A stretch of 63,093 nucleotides of DNA, counting the filler, from Octopus bimaculoides (lineage: Eukaryota): assembly GCF_001194135.2 (NCBI RefSeq). It is 5 parts of 5 records of this genome, joined end to end, with 100 filler letters (N's around TTAATTAATTAA, not from the genome) between each part and the next. Parts side by side here need not be neighbours in the genome. Positions count along the whole stretch, not along the records: positions 8,816 to 28,812 come from NC_069007.1; positions 28,913 to 57,062 come from NC_068988.1; 3 more parts are not named here. One strand, 5' to 3'. Within the stretch, counting starts at the first letter, position 1. Each line of letters begins with the position of its first letter. A program made the translations under genes and the position numbers. The notes below the pieces were generated by a model that was given only the letters and a program-made list of their open reading frames with translations, ran no database searches and had not been told where the DNA came from. Shown in pieces: positions 22,399 through 34,678 of the stretch.

Positions 22399-23567
22399 CA
22401 GCAGCAGCAGCTGCTGTTTAACCCCAGGTCAACCACAATCGAGCAAACCCAATATCAACGGCATTCCAGCTGAGATCATCTCGTCTTTCTCAAGACTCTC
22501 TAAGACTACCTTTACAATGTCTCAAAGCTATTTGACCTTACCGTTGTCCATCTCTCGGGTCAACCTTGATCTACCCCACATATAATCAAAACCCATCTCA
22601 AATGTGACCATCTAATAGTACATTGGTTTTTTTTTTCCTAGGTGGTTAACAACCTCACTTTGAAACCATACGTTTCCAAGTTTGATGTCACTGCGCGGCA
22701 CCTGGGCATCTGCCTGTCACCATATCTACGGGGTCACCAATTTACAATGTGTTCGAAATTTCGTAGGCAGTAAACACTGCTGAAGAAAGTCCACGGGTTA
22801 CATAGTTGATATCAAACTTAGGCAAGAAGCCAGAAATTTGAAGTGGGGAAGTGAACAGTTGATTATATCGCTCCTCACAATACGGCTGATCCTTTATTTA
22901 ACAACCCATCGGAAGGGGGGATATCAAAGCTGACATTGATGGAGTTTGAATTCAGAATTCTAAACGCCTCAAAACATCTTTTACGGCACTAACGCTTCTG
23001 TTAATGTTTCCACTTTTTTTTTCTTGTTTAAAAAAAATTTGCTCTTTCCTGGGTTACAAGAGAGATATGAAGAAGATTTAGCTGCTATGTCTAGTAGATT
23101 AAAATTCCACGTAAGACGACACCCATTTGGCACTGATGAGGAAATCTTGTATGTGTGTGTGTGTGTGTGTGTGTTTTTTAAGCTTATGACAGAAGAAATA
23201 TGGTGTCTTTCAGTCTACACACAAGAATAGCTCGCTGGAATTTTGGTAAAAGGGTGAGACCGTATCCACGCAGGAACGCTAGATATTTCTATATTTTATA
23301 GCATGCGGGTGTACACCTCGTTTAACCTGTTGCACACTTTTGTGTAGACTATACATACACGCGCGCGCAGGTCATATTTGTGTGTGTGAGTGTGTTTGTG
23401 TGTCTGTCTGTCCGTGTCTATATCTTTTGTCTTTAATCTTTTACTTGTTCCAGTCATTAGACTACAACCATGCTGGGGCACCGCTCTGAATCGAATGAAT
23501 CGACCCCAGTACTTTTCTTGTAAGCCTCGTACATACACATACATACATACATACATACATACATACA

Positions 23568-23628
<61 letters not shown>

Positions 23629-23656
23629 ACACACACTATATATCAGTACACCTGTT

Positions 23657-23688
<32 letters not shown>

Positions 23689-23699
23689 GGTTACTAGTT

Positions 23700-23892
23700 A
23701 CGCTAGTTACGGGGACGTAAACGCACCAACAGCGGCTGTCAAGCGGGACAAGCACACATATACGACGGGCTTCTTTCACAATGGCTCACAAAGCATTGGT
23801 CAGCTCGAGACTATAGTGGAAAATACTTGTCGAGACTGAACCCGGAACCACGTAGTTAGGAAGCCAACTTCTTACTACACAGCCACACCTGC
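23700..23892 (-). mobile_element. SINE family C, internally deleted copy
   Basis: 3' body and head segments in compressed form. Confidence 0.65.
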
Positions 23893-23911
23893 GCTTATAT
23901 ATATATATATT

Positions 23912-24285
23912 CTTTTACTTGTTTAAGTCATTTGACTGCGGCCATGCTGGAGCACCGCCTTTAGTCGAAGAAATCGACCCCAGGACTTTATTCTTTGCAA
24001 GCCTAGTACTTATTCTATCGGTCTCTTTTTGCCGAACCGCTAAGTTACGGGGACGTAAACACTCCAACATCGGTTGTCAAGCGATGGTGGTGGTGGTGGT
24101 GGTGGTGGTGGGAACAAACAAACAAACACATACATATACATACATATATACAGCGGGCTTCTTCCAGTTTCCATCTACCAAATGCACTCGCAAGGTTTTG
24201 GTCGGCCCGAGGCTATAGTAGAAGACACTTGCCCAAGGTGCCACACAGTGGGACTGAATGCGGAACCCTGTGGTTGGGAAGCAAG
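23912..24285 (-). mobile_element. SINE family C, near full length, with internal (GGT)n
   Basis: Colinear with 906-1278. Confidence 0.85.
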
Positions 24286-24616
24286 ATTCACACACACACA
24301 CAAACAATATACGTACACATGTTGTGTGCGAGAGTGTGTGTATGTATGTGTTATTCCACAATTGGTATGACTAGTACCAGTCACAGGGTTGTAGACATGC
24401 TGGGGGCATCGCCTGAACTCTACCAGTATTTTTTTTTTTTTAACCGGTAAAAACAAACTCTGCCGAGGAGATACACAAAAGCGCGCACAATTATATATTT
24501 TCCTACATATATACATACGCATATGTTTGCATGTATATATCATTTCATTTTTCGTTTTATCCAGTTTCAACTCATGAGCTGTAGCCATGCTGGGGCACTG
24601 CTATTTACACACACAC

Positions 24617-24652
<36 letters not shown>

Positions 24653-25743
24653 CAGACTTCTGTACAGTTTCCATTTTCCTAATTCCAGTAACAAGATTTG
24701 ATCAACACGGTACTATCTATCGAAGAAAACAACATTATCAAATAAATTTCCAAAGAACAACTTCAAAATTTTAAAACCTGTTCTGTTCTTTAATCAAGGA
24801 ATTATAATATAATATATTATAATATATTACAATGTATAGTAAATATAGTATAATGTAATGGTATTTAACTGCTATTTTTAACTTTCGGTATATGGTAAAG
24901 CAATTTTACTGAACCCTAATTATAATTATGCTTATGATTATAAAATTTTTGTATAAGTTTACCGATAATGGTTCTTTTAACATACCGAACTACTTGGTAA
25001 AATGATTAATTATGAATCTTACCCTATGCTATTAAGTTAGACATGGCCTGGACCAATCTTTGGTCGAAACATATCTAAGTTTATATTATTATTATTATTA
25101 TATATACATATACACACACACACACACATATATATATATAGGTGTCTAGTTTGGTAAGTGCCAGCGCACGAAAGTCTCAGGCCTTGAGTCACTCTGTTCT
25201 GCTAAATGTATATATATATANNNNNNNNNNNNNNNNNNNNNNNNNNNNNNNNNNNNNNNNNNNNNNNNNNNNNNNNNNNNNNNNNNNNNNNNNNNNNNNN
25301 NNNNNNNNNNNNNNNNNNNNNNNNNNNNNNNNNNNNNNNNNNNNNNNNNNNNNNNNNNNNNNNNNNNNNNNNNNNNNNNNNNNNNNNNNNNNNNNNNNNN
25401 NNNNNNNNNNNNNNNNNNNNNNNNNNNNNNNNNNNNNNNNNNNNNNNNNNNNNNNNNNNNNNNNNNNNNNNNNNNNNNNNNNNNNNNNNNNNNNNNNNNN
25501 NNNNNNNNNNNNNNNNNNNNNNNNNNNNNNNNNNNNNNNNNNNNNNNNNNNNNNNNNNNNNNNNNNNNNNNNNNNNNNNNNNNNNNNNNNNNNNNNNNNN
25601 NNNNNNNNNNNNNNNNNNNNNNNNNNNNNNNNNNNAGATTGCAAGAGTGCAATGAAATAATTTAACAAAAAACTATATAAATTAATAAAGGACTGAACCA
25701 GTGCGTGTGTTTATTACCGGCATAATGCCTCTCCCAAGGTTTA

Positions 25744-25778
<35 letters not shown>

Positions 25779-26069
25779 CACACACACACACATATATGTA
25801 TATACTGTAATATTGATTTCAAATTTTGGCACAAGGCCAGCAATTTCGGGCGTAGAGAGTAAGTCAATTACATCGACTCTACTACTCAACTGGGACTTGT
25901 ATATTAACGTATATACGTACGAGTGTGTATATATGTATGCGTGCGTGTATTGATCTGCACGTCTGTATAACTGCTGTATGAATTGTATGCGTATATGAGT
26001 GTGCACGTATACATCTCTCTCTCTCTCTCTTTCTCTTGATATGTGTGTGTGTGTATAGGTGTGTTTACG

Positions 26070-26101
<32 letters not shown>

Positions 26102-26211
26102 CGATACACACAGATACATATGTGTGTGTACGTGCGTGTGTGTGTGTGTTGTGCATACCTGTCCATATATGTATACACACACACACATATGTGCGTACAC
26201 ATACATGGTGG

Positions 26212-26318
26212 AGGTAAAGAATACGCACACCACCCGTTTTTGGCGTAACCTTAACCCTTACCCTAACCCCAAGTCCTAGACCCTAACCCTAAACACCGGG
26301 TGTGCATATTCTTTACCT
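26212..26318. mobile_element. Mini inverted-repeat element with a degenerate (CCCTAA)n core
   Basis: 18/19-bp inverted arms (26212-26230 and 26300-26318) around TAACCTTAACCCTTACCCTAACCC..CCCTAACCCTAA. Confidence 0.6.
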
Positions 26319-27084
26319 TCGGTACATACATACATACATACATACATACATACATGCATACATACATACNNNNNNNNNNNNNNNNNNNNNNNNNNNNNNN
26401 NNNNNNNNNNNNNNNNNNNNNNNNNNNNNNNNNNNNNNNNNNNNNNNNNNNNNNNNNNNNNNNNNNNNNNNNNNNNNNNNNNNNNNNNNNNNNNNNNNNN
26501 NNNNNNNNNNNNNNNNNNNNNNNNNNNNNNNNNNNNNNNNNNNNNNNNNNNNNNNNNNNNNNNNNNNNNNNNNNNNNNNNNNNNNNNNNNNNNNNNNNNN
26601 NNNNNNNNNNNNNNNNNNNNNNNNNNNNNNNNNNNNNNNNNNNNNNNNNNNNNNNNNNNNNNNNNNNNNNNNNNNNNNNNNNNNNNNNNNNNNNNNNNNN
26701 NNNNNNNNNNNNNNNNNNNNNNNNNNNNNNNNNNNNNNNNNNNNNNNNNNNNNNNNNNNNNNNNNNNNNNNNNNNNNNNNNNNNNNNNNNNNNNNNNNNN
26801 NNNNNNNNNNNNNNNNNNNNNNNNNNNNNNNNNNNNNNNNNNNNNNNNNNNNNNNNNNNNNNNNNNNNNNNNNNNNNNNNNNNNNNNNNNNNNNNNNNNN
26901 NNNNNNNNNNNNNNNNNNNNNNNNNNNNNNNNNNNNNNNNNNNNNNNNNNNNNNNNNNNNNNNNNNNNNNNNNNNNNNNNNNNNNNNNNNNNNNNNNNNN
27001 NNNNNNNNNNNATAGGGATCGTGTATCACAGTCAATGTAAAAAAAAATGGGGAACAGATTAGGTTTATCCGTGGAGAGAAAAGC

Positions 27085-27128
<44 letters not shown>

Positions 27129-27259
27129 GACAGATAGATAATAAATAGATAGATAGAGACAGATAGATAATAAATAGATAGATAGATAGATAGATAGATA
27201 GCTAACTAGACAGACAGAAGACATAACTAGCTAGGTAGACAGACAGACAGACAGACCGG

Positions 27260-27297
<38 letters not shown>

Positions 27298-27593
27298 CAT
27301 ACATAATACATACATAGATAAACACGTATAGAATGTAGATATAGTTTGATCGTTTATAGATATGTATACACAATGAATATCTGGAAAAAGAACAAGTAAA
27401 TACTTAAATAATTTATAATAATTATAATAACGATTATACATAATAATGTAGAGAAACAAGCAAAAAACCGTTCGATCGAAAGGCCGACGTCTTCTTACCT
27501 TCAGTTGCCATGCCGTATCCCAAATAATGGTAAACCAACAATAGAAAGTAATATTTAATCACAGACATGGTAAAAAGTAAATATATATATATA

Positions 27594-27656
<63 letters not shown>

Positions 27657-27898
27657 GTATATATTATAAATATGAATCCCGTCTGGTGTACATATATATT
27701 GTGTATACACTCACGTTGGACGTAAATCACACAGAGAATGAAAATATAATGGGTATTAACAACAACAACAGTAGCTATGAACCACTTAAAGTCGGTTCCT
27801 GCTGCTGCTGCTGTTGGTGTTGTTGATGGTGTTGTTGGTGGTGGTGGTGGTTCGCGCGCGCGTGTATGTAGCCGTAAGTGTGTGTAGGTGTGTGAATT

Positions 27899-27932
<34 letters not shown>

Positions 27933-28036
27933 CGTATGTGTGTGTGTGTTTATGTTTAGCTCTGCGTGTGTACGTGCATTGCTGTGTGTATTACTGTTGT
28001 TTGTGAGTGGAACAATGTGCGTGCGTGTTGTCGTGA

Positions 28037-28073
<37 letters not shown>

Positions 28074-28856
28074 CGATTATAAAGTTGTGGTTGTTGTGGA
28101 AATGACCATTGCTGTTAAGATTGTGATTGTCATCACAAACATAGTCGTCATCGTCATCATCATCATCATCGCCGACATCATAACTATGTCTGCGTGTTTG
28201 TTAATTTAGGTGTCTGAATATCTATATTTGCGGATGTGTGTGTGCGTGCGTGACGAAACGTGTGTGTGGTGTGTATGTGTATGTATGTATGTATGTATGT
28301 ATGTATGTATGTATACATGTGTATGTGTGTGTGTGTGTGTTCAAAAGGACAGGTGAGAAAGGAACACAGACGCACAGAGAAGGATGGATGGATGAGAGGA
28401 TGGATGGATGGACAGGCAGACTGACGGACAGATATGTGTGTGTGTGTGTTAGACAGACGGACGGACAGACAGTCAGGCAGACACACCCGGCAGCGAGAAA
28501 GAAACGGTTAAATAGGCAGAAGGGAGGAAAGTGAGGCAGAGAACTGTTTGTAAATGCTGTTGTTTTCGTTAATCGGGAATAATGTTGGTCGCAAATGTTC
28601 TTGATGGCAATGATGATGCTGATGATGTTGATGTTGATGGTTGTAAAATCCGGGCTCCTTGGCGGCGTTGTTGTTGTTGTTGTTTCGGCTCTTCAACGTT
28701 GTTGTTGCCGTTCGAGTTGTTCTCTATCCTCACGAACAACTAAACTCTGCTGCAGCAGCAGCGGCAACAGCAGCAACAGCAGCAGAAGCAGAAGCAGTAA
28801 TTAGCCTTGTTGNNNNNNNNNNNNNNNNNNNNNNNNNNNNNNNNNNNNNNNNNNNN

Positions 28857-28868
28857 TTAATTAATTAA
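28857..28868. other. Artificial scaffold linker TTAATTAATTAA
   Basis: N44-linker-N44. Confidence 0.95.
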
Positions 28869-28981
28869 NNNNNNNNNNNNNNNNNNNNNNNNNNNNNNNN
28901 NNNNNNNNNNNNCCCACATTGGTTTTGCAGGAATATAAATAAAACATAAAAAACAGACAGTGTTGGAACTCTTTTAAACAA

Positions 28982-29027
<46 letters not shown>

Positions 29028-29204
29028 CATTCTCTCTCTGTTTATTTTCCCTTGTTCCTTTCGGCTGCGTCAAACCAATAGACTTGCTTGTTCTTCACAC
29101 ATCTGTCTTCGTCTTTTGTTTTTCTATAAATTTCAACCATAAATGTACATGTATGTATGTATGTATGTATGTATGTATGTGTGTATGTATGTGTGCGTGT
29201 CTTT

Positions 29205-29405
29205 GTATCTGTGTTTTTGTCCCCCATCACCACTTGACGACTGGTGGTGGTGTTTACATACCCGTACCTTAACGGTTCAGTAAAAGAGATTGATAGAATA
29301 AGTCCTGGGCTTTAAAACAAAAATTAGTCCTGGGGCCGATTTGCTCGACTAAAACCCGTCAAAGTGGTGCTCCTGTATGGCCGAAGTCAAATGACTGACA
29401 AGTAA
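29205..29405 (+). mobile_element. SINE family C 3' half
   Basis: Matches the family C 3' body. Confidence 0.7.
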
Positions 29406-31283
29406 AATAATAAATGCCGAACAGAGTCCGCCGTCTCGTCGCCTTTAGACAGTTCACACACGAATTCATTTATTGTAATGCTTCTGATCTTGTTCTTCCG
29501 ATCTTGTTCTTCCTCTGTGACCGAGGAAGGCAGATAATGTGGTCGTACCATTTTGGCTGCGTCAACTAAAATATACAAGGACTTGTTGTTTAAGGCAAAA
29601 TACTACAAATCCACGCATTTTTTGTTTGTTTGTTTCTTGTTGTTTTGAGGATGGGATGAATAGACTTCTCTTTATTTCAAATACTTTAGTTACAGAATGG
29701 GGTTAAATTAAACACAGTAGAGGTAGCGAAAGGAGAGACGTGAGACGATTTCGTCTGGCGGACCAGCTAGTCTAGAGGAGTAGAGGACGTTGTAGTAACA
29801 AAAGAATAAGAAGAGAAAGAGAGAAGACAGTTTATTCAGTGAAGTAGTACAATTTCGGAAAATGTAAAAATAGAAATCCAAAAAAAGGAAAAAAAAAAAT
29901 AAATAATAAATACGGAACAATAAGTAGAGGGAAGCGAAAACTTGAACAAGCGCCAGCACTTAACTTCGTTTCTTATTCACTCCGGAAGGTTGGGAAGTAT
30001 ATGTCGATCTCAGCGGAATTTGAACTTAAAAATCAAAAGCGACGTCAGAGAAATTCGACAAGGCATTCAGCTTAACTTTCGATTGTGAACGTTGTAAGAC
30101 AAAAGATAAAATGCTAAAAGGATTGTTTGTTGTTCTGCGCCAATTCAGTCCTGGACATGTAGAAACTTCAATCATCAAAAACATCCCAACCAAGAACATA
30201 TATATATANNNNNNNNNNNNNNNNNNNNNNNNNNNNNNNNNNNNNNNNNNNNNNNNNNNNNNNNNNNNNNNNNNNNNNNNNNNNNNNNNNNNNNNNNNNN
30301 NNNNNNNNNNNNNNNNNNNNNNNNNNNNNNNNNNNNNNNNNNNNNNNNNNNNNNNNNNNNNNNNNNNNNNNNNNNNNNNNNNNNNNNNNNNNNNNNNNNN
30401 NNNNNNNNNNNNNNNNNNNNNNNNNNNNNNNNNNNNNNNNNNNNNNNNNNNNNNNNNNNNNNNNNNNNNNNNNNNNNNNNNNNNNNNNNNNNNNNNNNNN
30501 NNNNNNNNNNNNNNNNNNNNNNNNNNNNNNNNNNNNNNNNNNNNNNNNNNNNNNNNNNNNNNNNNNNNNNNNNNNNNNNNNNNNNNNNNNNNNNNNNNNN
30601 NNNNNNNNNNNNNNNNNNNNNNNNNNNNNNNNNNNNNNNNNNNNNNNNNNNNNNNNNNNNNNNNNNNNNNNNNNNNNNNNNNNNNNNNNNNNNNNNNNNN
30701 NNNNNNNNNNNNNNNNNNNNNNNNNNNNNNNNNNNNNNNNNNNNNNNNNNNNNNNNNNNNNNNNNNNNNNNNNNNNNNNNNNNNNNNNNNNNNNNNNNNN
30801 NNNNNNNNNNNNNNNNNNNNNNNNNNNNNNNNNNNNNNNNNNNNNNNNNNNNNNNNNNNNNNNNNNNNNNNNNNNNNNNNNNNNNNNNNNNNNNNNNNNN
30901 NNNNNNNNNNNNNNNNNNNNNNNNNNNNNNNNNNNNNNNNNNNNNNNNNNNNNNNNNNNNNNNNNNNNNNNNNNNNNNNNNNNNNNNNNNNNNNNNNNNN
31001 NNNNNNNNNNNNNNNNNNNNNNNNNNNNNNNNNNNNNNNNNNNNNNNNNNNNNNNNNNNNNNNNNNNNNNNNNNNNNNNNNNNNNNNNNNNNNNNNNNNN
31101 NNNNNNNNNNNNNNNNNNNNNNNNNNNNNNNNNNNNNNNNNNNNNNNNNNNNNNNNNNNNNNNNNNNNATATGGCCCCTTTTTTGTCAAAAATTAGGTTA
31201 AAAAAATATAGGAGTTTCTTATACCTGGATAATATTATAGTCCCTTACAAAACCTTTTTTCCACATTTTAAGCCCCGAAAATT

Positions 31284-31382
31284 AGGGTTCCTTATAAAAC
31301 GAGGGTTCCTTATACACGAGGGTTCCTTATACACGAGGGTTCCTTATACACGAGGGTTCCTTATACACGTTAAAATACGGTA
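31284..31382. mobile_element. MITE end with a 17-bp subterminal tandem array
   Basis: GAGGGTTCCTTATACAC x4 perfect (31301-31368) plus one variant, then GTTAAAATACGGTA. Confidence 0.7.
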
Positions 31383-31496
31383 AGTGTACCGGATGTAAAA
31401 CAAGGTTGCGGAGCACTGGTCTAGAGCAGAGCTGCGAAATTCTTTTTCTGAATCCCTGTTTCCGCTTTGTCATTCCTATTTACTTGCCACTCATAT

Positions 31497-31690
31497 TCTT
31501 TTATTCTTTTACTTGTTTCGGTCATCTGATTGTGGCCATACTGGAGCACCGCCTTGGAGGGTTTTAGGACATTTTTTTAAAGCCTAGTACTTATTCTATC
31601 GTTTCTTCTGCCGAACCGCTAATTTACGGGGGCGTAAACACGTCAACACCAGTTATCAAGCAGTAATGGGAAGATAAACACAGACACAAA
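31497..31690 (-). mobile_element. SINE family C 3' half
   Basis: Matches the family C 3' body; followed by (TACA)n. Confidence 0.75.
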
Positions 31691-31749
31691 GATACACATA
31701 CATACATACATACATACATACATACATACATACATACATACATACATGT

Positions 31750-32155
31750 ATTCTTTTATTCTTTTACTCGTTTCAGTTATTTGACTGCGGCCATGCTGGA
31801 GCACCACCTTGAAGGGTTTTAATCGAACAAATCGACACCCAGAACTTATCTTTTTAAAGCCTAATACTTATTCTATCGGTTTCTTTTTTGCTGAATTACT
31901 AAGTTACGGGGATGTAAACACACCAACACCGGTTGTCAAACAGTGGTAGGGTGACAAATACAAGCACAAAGACACACACATAAATACACACACACATATA
32001 TACGACGGGCTTCTTTCAGTTTCCGTCAACCAAATCCACTCACAAGGCTTTGGTCAGCTCGAGGCTATGGTAGCAGACACTTCCCCAAAGTGCCACGTAG
32101 TGGGACTGAACCTGGAGCCATGTGGTTGGAAAGCAAGCTACTTACTGCACAGCCA
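31750..32155 (-). mobile_element. SINE family C, near full length
   Basis: Colinear with 906-1278. Confidence 0.85.
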
Positions 32156-32199
32156 GGCAAAAATATAATCTTGTATGAACAATGTGAAAGCGTGTGACT

Positions 32200-32400
32200 C
32201 AGCGCGTGGAACAATGTGAAAGCGCATGGTAAGGGTGTCGCACTCACGAGCTTGCGAGCACGGTTTCAATTCCGGGACCGGGCGATGTGTTGTGTTCTTG
32301 AGCAAAATACTTCTTTCGCTTTGCTACAGTCCACTTTGCTGTACATGAGTGACCCTGCAACGGACTGGCGTCCCGTTTAGGGGTGTACTGTCTTAGAAGT
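32200..32400 (+). mobile_element. tRNA-derived SINE family E
   Basis: B-box-like GGTTTCAATTCC, GTGTTCTTGAGCAAAATAC, CCCTGCAACGGACTGGCGTCCCG (resembles V-domain SINEs); related copy at 38385-38590. Confidence 0.55.
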
Positions 32401-32404
32401 CTGG

Positions 32405-32546
32405 CAGACGGAAACTGAAAGAAGCCCGTCGTATATATGTATGTATATATATGTATACGTATGTGTGTTTTTGTGTCTTACAAAAGATAAGTCCTGGGGT
32501 GGATTTTCTCGACTAAAGGTGGTGCTCCGGCATGGCCGCAGTCAAA
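32405..32546 (+). mobile_element. SINE family C fragments
   Basis: End of head joined to the 3' end of the body. Confidence 0.65.
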
Positions 32547-32568
32547 TGACTGAAACTAGTAAAAGGGT

Positions 32569-32599
<31 letters not shown>

Positions 32600-33094
32600 A
32601 AGCAAGAATAAATTTTAATTTGTGAGTTTCTAGAGGTTTTGGAGCCTTGGCTCTGATTTTAGCAAATGGTATTATATACCCTGCTGAATCTAAATTTGCC
32701 TTATATTGTGCCTGTAACGATGTGAAGTTGCTGGCCACCTTATTATTGCCTTGTTAATACCATTAATAACGGTAATAATACATCTTTATCTAAAATTTAT
32801 TCTTGCTCACGATAGTTTTCTTTTAAACGGAGTGGGATGTTTGAAGTAAGGACCGCACACGAGCTAATGTAGTGGATATTTTAGAAATAGATGTTAAAAT
32901 GTTATTTTAAACTGAAGATCCCAAAGTATTTTAATCAATTGGTATTGAAATATACATTACTTACTGATGTATTCAACGCAAAGGTAAACCTATTTCTAAT
33001 ATATTCATTGCATTGCTCACGTGTATCATTATTGTGAGTTTCTGGTGGTTTTCGAGCCTTGGTTCTGATTTAGAAAATGGTATTATATACCCTG

Positions 33095-33304
33095 TGGAGG
33101 CGCAATGGGCCAGTGGTTAGGGCAGCGGACTCGTGGTCATAGGATCGCGAAAACACCTAAAGCTCCACGAGGCTCCGGCAGGAGTTGGTGGCGAACCCTG
33201 CTGTACTCTTTCACCACAACTTTCACTCTTACTTCCTGTTTCTGTTGTACCTGTAATTCAAAGGTCAGCCTTGTCACACTGTGTCACGCTGAATATCCCC
33301 GAGA
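33095..33304 (+). mobile_element. SINE family A with B-box deletion
   Basis: GGATCGCG joined directly to AAAACACC; runs into a gap. Confidence 0.85.
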
Positions 33305-34253
33305 NNNNNNNNNNNNNNNNNNNNNNNNNNNNNNNNNNNNNNNNNNNNNNNNNNNNNNNNNNNNNNNNNNNNNNNNNNNNNNNNNNNNNNNNNNNNNNNN
33401 NNNNNNNNNNNNNNNNNNNNNNNNNNNNNNNNNNNNNNNNNNNNNNNNNNNNNNNNNNNNNNNNNNNNNNNNNNNNNNNNNNNNNNNNNNNNNNNNNNNN
33501 NNNNNNNNNNNNNNNNNNNNNNNNNNNNNNNNNNNNNNNNNNNNNNNNNNNNNNNNNNNNNNNNNNNNNNNNNNNNNNNNNNNNNNNNNNNNNCCATATC
33601 TACCGGCCCATTTGACCTGGATAGGAAAAATTTGCTGCTACTGTAGCAGTCACAGGCAAGATTGAGAGAGAAGAGAGTGCGCATATTCAAATGAGTTGCT
33701 GAAAAGTAAAATTTCGGAAAATAAAATGTTTTAAAAATGTAATTTTTTTTTTAATGTTCCTTGGTAATTTTTCATGCAATTTGAATTTTGTACCTTCGGC
33801 AGTTCCTGAGAAACCAGAGTGGACATTCAAGCAATCAATTAATCAATCTAACAAACAAATAGGATCGAATTGTGGCACCCTGTGTTTTGATGATAAGACG
33901 TACAGAATGAGTGGAATGACGGCAGGGGAGCACAATTATATTTAATTATCTGGACAATGAGAGTCCTGCCTTCTAAAGAAGTAATTAGCAGCAGGTAGAG
34001 CACGGAATTAATGATAGCTAATTAACACAGCTAATCGATTATAATTACTCACCCTTAATGATAAGGGGTCAATTTTGAATTTGATAGAATCAATACATTC
34101 CAGACTAGAACTCAGATGTGTTAATGATTTGTTAATTTGCTTTTTATTTATTTTTTTTATTTATTTATTTATTTTTTTCATTGAGTCAAACTTCGGTGTT
34201 TCATTGATTCTAACCTAGTGAATGTTATTTGGAGTATATTAGTAGTAGACAAA

Positions 34254-34678
34254 GGGACGAGTTGGCAGAATCGCTAATGTGTGAGCTGCGTCTCATCCGG
34301 TTCATTACGTTCCGAGTTCCAATTCCACCGAGGTTAACTTTGCCTTTCTTCTCTTTTGGGGTCGATTATATATGCTCCAGTTGAGCATTGGGGTCCATGC
34401 AATCGACTTACCCCACCCCAAAGCTGCTGGCCTTGTGTCAAAATTAAAAAGGATTATTTTAGCAGTGTGCAGTGTGACGAGCTGGCAGAATCATTAGCGC
34501 GTCGCACAAAATGCTTCAGGCTCTTTACGTTCTGAATTCAAATTCCGGCAAGGTTGACTTTGCCTTTCATCTTTCATAGTAGAACAAATAAGTACCAGTT
34601 GTGCACTGGGGGTTGATGTGATCGACTCACCATCGCCAAAAAATTGCTGGCCTTGTGCCAACATTTGAAATCATTATA
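34254..34678 (+). mobile_element. Two head-to-tail SINE family B copies (34254-34460 and 34474-34678)
   Basis: Each has head, core and the GCTGGCCTTGTG tail. Confidence 0.8.

Noticed and set aside
23125-23150. CTGATGAGGAAATC, and CTGAAGAAGGG..CCC at about 16885, as hammerheads
   Set aside because: No stem II in the first and no GAAA in the second.
31284-31368. 17-bp repeats as a CRISPR-like array
   Set aside because: No spacers; tandem units attached to a TIR in eukaryotic DNA.
32177-32224. 16-bp direct repeat around TGACTCAGC (AP-1/ARE-like)
   Set aside because: A local duplication at a SINE head; a short motif like this is expected by chance.
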